Shown: one piece after another, positions 60,228-64,000 of the stretch
Layout of the letters: every line of letters begins with the position of its first letter
Position numbering within the stretch: the stretch's first letter is position 1
Source: Candidatus Poribacteria bacterium
Lineage (GTDB): Bacteria; Poribacteria; WGA-4E; WGA-3G
DNA length: 64,000 bases
Direction: 5' to 3'
NCBI GenBank assembly: GCA_965205025.1
Contig: CBDBFU010000021.1
Span: forward strand, 1-64,000
The notes under the pieces: generated by a model
Databases searched by the model: none
Seen by the model: the letters and a program-made list of their open reading frames with translations, nothing else
What the model was told of the DNA's origin: nothing
Made by a program: the position numbers and the translations under genes

Positions 60228-61667
60228 TTATGTAAGGATATCCCGTACAACATGTCCGTGGACATCTGTAAGACGGAAATCTCTACCTTGGAAACGGTAA
60301 GTCAATTTTTCATGATCAATTCCTAATAGATGTAACATGGTAGCGTGGAAATCGTGTACATGAACGATATTTTCAACAGCGTTATATCCTAATTCATCTG
60401 TATTTCCATAACTAATTCCACCTTGGACACCACCACCTGCCATCCACATAGAGAATCCTTTTATGTGATGATCACGTCCACTTCCTTGAGCCATAGGTGT
60501 TCTTCCAAACTCTCCACCCCATATTACTAAGGTATCCTCTAACATTCCGCGTTGTTTTAAATCATTAACTAATGCAGCTGTTGCCTTATCAACATAACCT
60601 GCAGTTGTCTTAATAGCATTTTGTATTCCACCGTGATGATCCCAACCACGGTGATAAAGTTGTATGAAACGTACACCACGTTCAGCTAATCTCCGAGCAA
60701 GTAGGCAGTTTGATGCATACGAACCATCCCCAGGTTTGGCACCATACATATCAAGTATGTCTTGTGGTTCATCAGATACATCAGTTAATTCTGGTACACT
60801 TGTTTGCATTCGGAAAGCCATCTCATATTGATTAATGCGTGTGGCAATTGTAGGATCATCAACAGTTTCATTCAGAATGTTATTTAATGATTGTACTGTC
60901 CCTACAACATCTTTCTGTTGTTCTGAAGAAACCCCATTTGGATTAGAAACATAATGAACAGGATCACCAGTTGAATGGAATTGAACTCCCTGGAATTGTC
61001 CTGGGAGAAATCCGCTATGCCATTGTCGGTTTGCTATCGGTTGATCTTGACCACCGCCAGACGAAATGAGAACAACATACCCGGGTAGGTTTTCATTTTC
61101 ACTCCCTAGACCATAGAGTAGCCATGAACCCATGCTGGGTCTACCAGATATTGCAGTTCCAGTATTCATGAATGTATGTGCAGGATCATGGTTAATTTGT
61201 TCTGTTTTTAATGAGCGTATGATACAAATATCATCTGCCAGACTACCAATATGTGGAAATGCAGAACTCATTTCCTGTCCTGATTCACCATATTTCTTAA
61301 ATTCATGTGTTGGACCAAGACATTTGAGTGCATTTGCTTGTCCTTGTAGTTGTGCAATCGGCTGTCCTTTAGTGTATGACATAGGCATAGGTTGTCCATG
61401 CATTTCAGCAAGTTTAGGTTTGTAATCCAATGTCTCTAAATGTGATGGACCGCCTGCCATACAAAGATGTATAACCCTTTTTGCTTTTGGAATAACATGT
61501 GGCTCGGTTATAATTCCTTTCCACTGTTCGATCTTTGGAGCTGCACTTATAAGTGCTGGTGACAACAAAGATGCAAGTGCTAATGAACCGATTCCACGGA
61601 CTGATTTTCCTAAGAACGTACGCCTTGTTAGTTGAAGTTTTACCTTTTCATTGATATCTAATGACAT
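60228..61667 (-). CDS. DUF1501 family protein, Tat-type leader
   Basis: TRRTFL, MAGGPSHLETLDYKP, WGGEFGRTP. Confidence 0.92.
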   Translation of the reverse strand: MSLDINEKVKLQLTRRTFLGKSVRGIGSLALASLLSPALISAAPKIEQWKGIITEPHVIPKAKRVIHLCMAGGPSHLETLDYKPKLAEMHGQPMPMSYTKGQPIAQLQGQANALKCLGPTHEFKKYGESGQEMSSAFPHIGSLADDICIIRSLKTEQINHDPAHTFMNTGTAISGRPSMGSWLLYGLGSENENLPGYVVLISSGGGQDQPIANRQWHSGFLPGQFQGVQFHSTGDPVHYVSNPNGVSSEQQKDVVGTVQSLNNILNETVDDPTIATRINQYEMAFRMQTSVPELTDVSDEPQDILDMYGAKPGDGSYASNCLLARRLAERGVRFIQLYHRGWDHHGGIQNAIKTTAGYVDKATAALVNDLKQRGMLEDTLVIWGGEFGRTPMAQGSGRDHHIKGFSMWMAGGGVQGGISYGNTDELGYNAVENIVHVHDFHATMLHLLGIDHEKLTYRFQGRDFRLTDVHGHVVRDILT

Positions 61668-61802
61668 ACTTGATACCTCCTATTTATATTTTGCCTTCAC
61701 AACAGTGTGCGAGTTTGATTAACGTATCAAAAGATTCTGCGTGGATTTAGGGAATGGTTATTACTGTTTATACCCAACTCACGTTAATCGTATGTATTCA
61801 TA

Positions 61803-62174
61803 TTAAAATCCTTCTACAACAAACTTTATTACTTGGTATATTGGCCATTGAAAAATAAAATATAATAACCAAACGAACCCAAAGATAAATAGAAAAAATC
61901 CAATGAATGCAGCTTTTGGACTCTTTTTTAACTTTGAAGCGAATTCCTCATCCTCTATATCAAGGGAATCATTCTTGGCATGGATAGCAACTTTTGACCC
62001 CACCCATATACCTGCTAATATTGAAATTATTAATGTTAGTCTGAAGAAACCACGTTTCCAATTGATTTTCTTGTCTTGGTTCTCTGAATTATCATCAGTA
62101 AATTCGTAATAGATACCGGTACCTATACCTATTATTACAAATATAATTCCAAGCAGTATTAAGTTCTTCCCCAC
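61803..62174 (-). CDS. Hypothetical membrane protein
   Basis: Three hydrophobic segments; AAGGA SD. Confidence 0.6.
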   Translation of the reverse strand: MGKNLILLGIIFVIIGIGTGIYYEFTDDNSENQDKKINWKRGFFRLTLIISILAGIWVGSKVAIHAKNDSLDIEDEEFASKLKKSPKAAFIGFFLFIFGFVWLLYFIFQWPIYQVIKFVVEGF

Positions 62175-62256
62175 GAGATTGTATTTCCTTATGGTTGTAT
62201 CAAATTTTAATTTTTAATATCTGCATAGTACTCTATACAAGCAAATCTTTGAAATA

Positions 62257-62541
62257 TTATGCTAATTTTGATCTACGGTTTCGCATATAGGTAATTATTA
62301 CATAAGGTATCCATATCAGGACAATAGGTAATACTACTGTTAATAGTAAGTCAAAGATCATTGACATTACATAAGAAAAATCTTTGGGAATAAAAACTCC
62401 TGCAATATCTCTTTTTTTAACGTAATATAACTGACGGAGATGAAAGAAAACCATCGTATGTTTTACAGTTGTTACTAAAATTACAAAAGATAGGATTAAT
62501 GTAAAAAAGAAGTAGACTCTTAGATATATATTTGATCTCAT
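62257..62541 (-). CDS. Hypothetical membrane protein
   Basis: Two hydrophobic segments. Confidence 0.5.
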   Translation of the reverse strand: MRSNIYLRVYFFFTLILSFVILVTTVKHTMVFFHLRQLYYVKKRDIAGVFIPKDFSYVMSMIFDLLLTVVLPIVLIWIPYVIITYMRNRRSKLA

Positions 62542-62681
62542 AGTATTCTGTTCTTAGAAGAGAATTAACCTGATGTCGGTTTAAAAATCATCAGTTTCAA
62601 TAACATTTTATTCCTACTTACATCGGTTTTGATTAAATCCTATTCTGTTAAGACAACGCAAGTTGCCCTATTTACCACATA

Positions 62682-62746
62682 GCATTCCGCTGGAGTGCGG
62701 GATGTTGGTATAACTTTTTCTATAGACATATCACCCCTCTGGGGTG
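62682..62746. repeat. GCACTCCAGCGGAGTG-family tandem pair (inverted orientation)
   Basis: GCATTCCGCTGGAGTGC ... CTATAGACATATCACCCCTCTGGGGTG. Confidence 0.75.
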
Positions 62747-62846
62747 GGAAAGAGTCTGAAAAATCGTGTTGAAACTACCAAAATCCATTAGAAACAAATT
62801 AGGTTATGATAACGCGCTTACTCGTTATCGGAAAAATCTATAAAAA

Positions 62847-64000
62847 TTAATATCGTGTTATTGTTTCATGTAGATTTAAAATCACACGCGCTACGGAAGT
62901 CCATGCAGCATGTTCTGGGGTATCTATACCTTGAATTTGTGGTGCCTCGCCAGTAGATATGAGTTGATTTGCTGATTCTGGATTCTGAGCAAATTGCATT
63001 TTGTGCTTTTCAAACATTCCAGTAATCAGTTCTAATTCGTTAGGATTTGGTAATCGAGATAGAGATTGTTTATATGCCCAATTAATACGATCCTCTGGTG
63101 TTTCACCACCCTCTTTAATGATTCGAGCTGCATACATTCGAGCTGCTTCAACATAGGTTGGATCATTAAGTAATGTCAATGCTTGCATAGGCGTATTAGA
63201 TGAAGCTCGTTCTGCAGTACATTCTTGTCTACTTGGGGCATCAAATGCCATCATACTTGGATGAAGGAATGTTCGCTGCCAATGTGTGTATAAACCTCGT
63301 CGATATTGACTTTCACCTTTATCATGTACATATTTACGTTTTGGGAAGTTCAGGTTTGAGTAATATCCTACAGGTTGATAGGGTCTGACACTTGGACCTC
63401 CAATTTTATCTTCAAGTAAACCACTGAGTAATAATGCATTGTCTCTAACAATTTCAGCATCTAAACGCCAGTTAGATTGACGTGCAATGAGTCGATTGTA
63501 TGGATCTTTTTCCTGCAAAACATTATTGTGTTTTGAAGATTGACGATACGCATTTGAAGAAACAAGTAATTTTACCATGTGCTTAACATTCCACCCGCTT
63601 TCCATGAATTCAACTGCTAACCAATCAAGAAGTTCGGAATGTACAGGTGGTTCACCTTGAGCTCCAAGGTCATCAAGAACACGAGAAATACCAGTTCCAA
63701 AATAGAGTGCCCATAGACGATTAACAAATGTACGTGCTGTTAGAGGATTCTCTCTTGAAACAACCCATTTAGCAAGATCCAGTCGTGTAGAACGTCTGTT
63801 ATTTATACCGAGATCACCCATGAATTCAGGTATCATAGGATCAACTATATCCCCTGAATCGTCTAACCAATTACCTCTCGGTAGAATCCGTGTAGTACGA
63901 GGTTGAACAGAAACAGTCGTTAGAGAATATGGACTTTGTGCCCTTATCTCCGCTTTCCTTTTTTCTAATGTAGCAATCTCATTTCGGATTCCATCCAGCG
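62847..64000 (-). CDS. C-terminal part of a DUF1553 (PSD1) protein; start lies beyond the window
   Basis: NPLTARTFVNRLW, HSELLDWLAVEF, NTPMQALTLLND. Confidence 0.92.
   Translation of the reverse strand, partial: LDGIRNEIATLEKRKAEIRAQSPYSLTTVSVQPRTTRILPRGNWLDDSGDIVDPMIPEFMGDLGINNRRSTRLDLAKWVVSRENPLTARTFVNRLWALYFGTGISRVLDDLGAQGEPPVHSELLDWLAVEFMESGWNVKHMVKLLVSSNAYRQSSKHNNVLQEKDPYNRLIARQSNWRLDAEIVRDNALLLSGLLEDKIGGPSVRPYQPVGYYSNLNFPKRKYVHDKGESQYRRGLYTHWQRTFLHPSMMAFDAPSRQECTAERASSNTPMQALTLLNDPTYVEAARMYAARIIKEGGETPEDRINWAYKQSLSRLPNPNELELITGMFEKHKMQFAQNPESANQLISTGEAPQIQGIDTPEHAAWTSVARVILNLHETITRY

Overview
Low-GC (about one third G+C by eye) bacterial chromosome segment. The gene content (many Gfo/Idh/MocA oxidoreductases, two DUF1553/DUF1501 pairs, a DUF6785-type membrane protein) resembles Ca. 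Poribacteria or another PVC-like lineage; this is inference. Recognisable content: a tetrapyrrole cluster (hemB, hemL, polyprenyl synthase, an internally duplicated SirC/Met8, ccsA/hemX, hemA, hemC, cobA-hemD), a heterodimeric ABC exporter, an archaeal-type phosphopantothenate synthetase, murQ with a BadF-type sugar kinase, ggt and a GmrSD-like nuclease. Most interesting: (1) a hierarchy of nested non-coding elements in which GTAG-type REP hairpins sit inside several families of short inverted-repeat wrappers, up to 5-6 layers deep, and which flank cargo DNA; (2) a roughly 1-2 kb non-coding module with its own promoter that occurs twice (3.1-4.1 kb and 43.2-45.1 kb); (3) a TusA/DsrE/TusA-OsmC/core-MetE sulfur-relay cluster, apparently leaderless and split by a defence insertion; (4) a 4-kb high-GC island bounded by direct copies of a REP composite, encoding a Cys-rich protein with a TSP1-like repeat and a frameshifted HExxH lipoprotein. 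Six single-base homopolymer frameshifts may be sequencing errors. I saw no rRNA, tRNA, CRISPR array, integrase or transposase.
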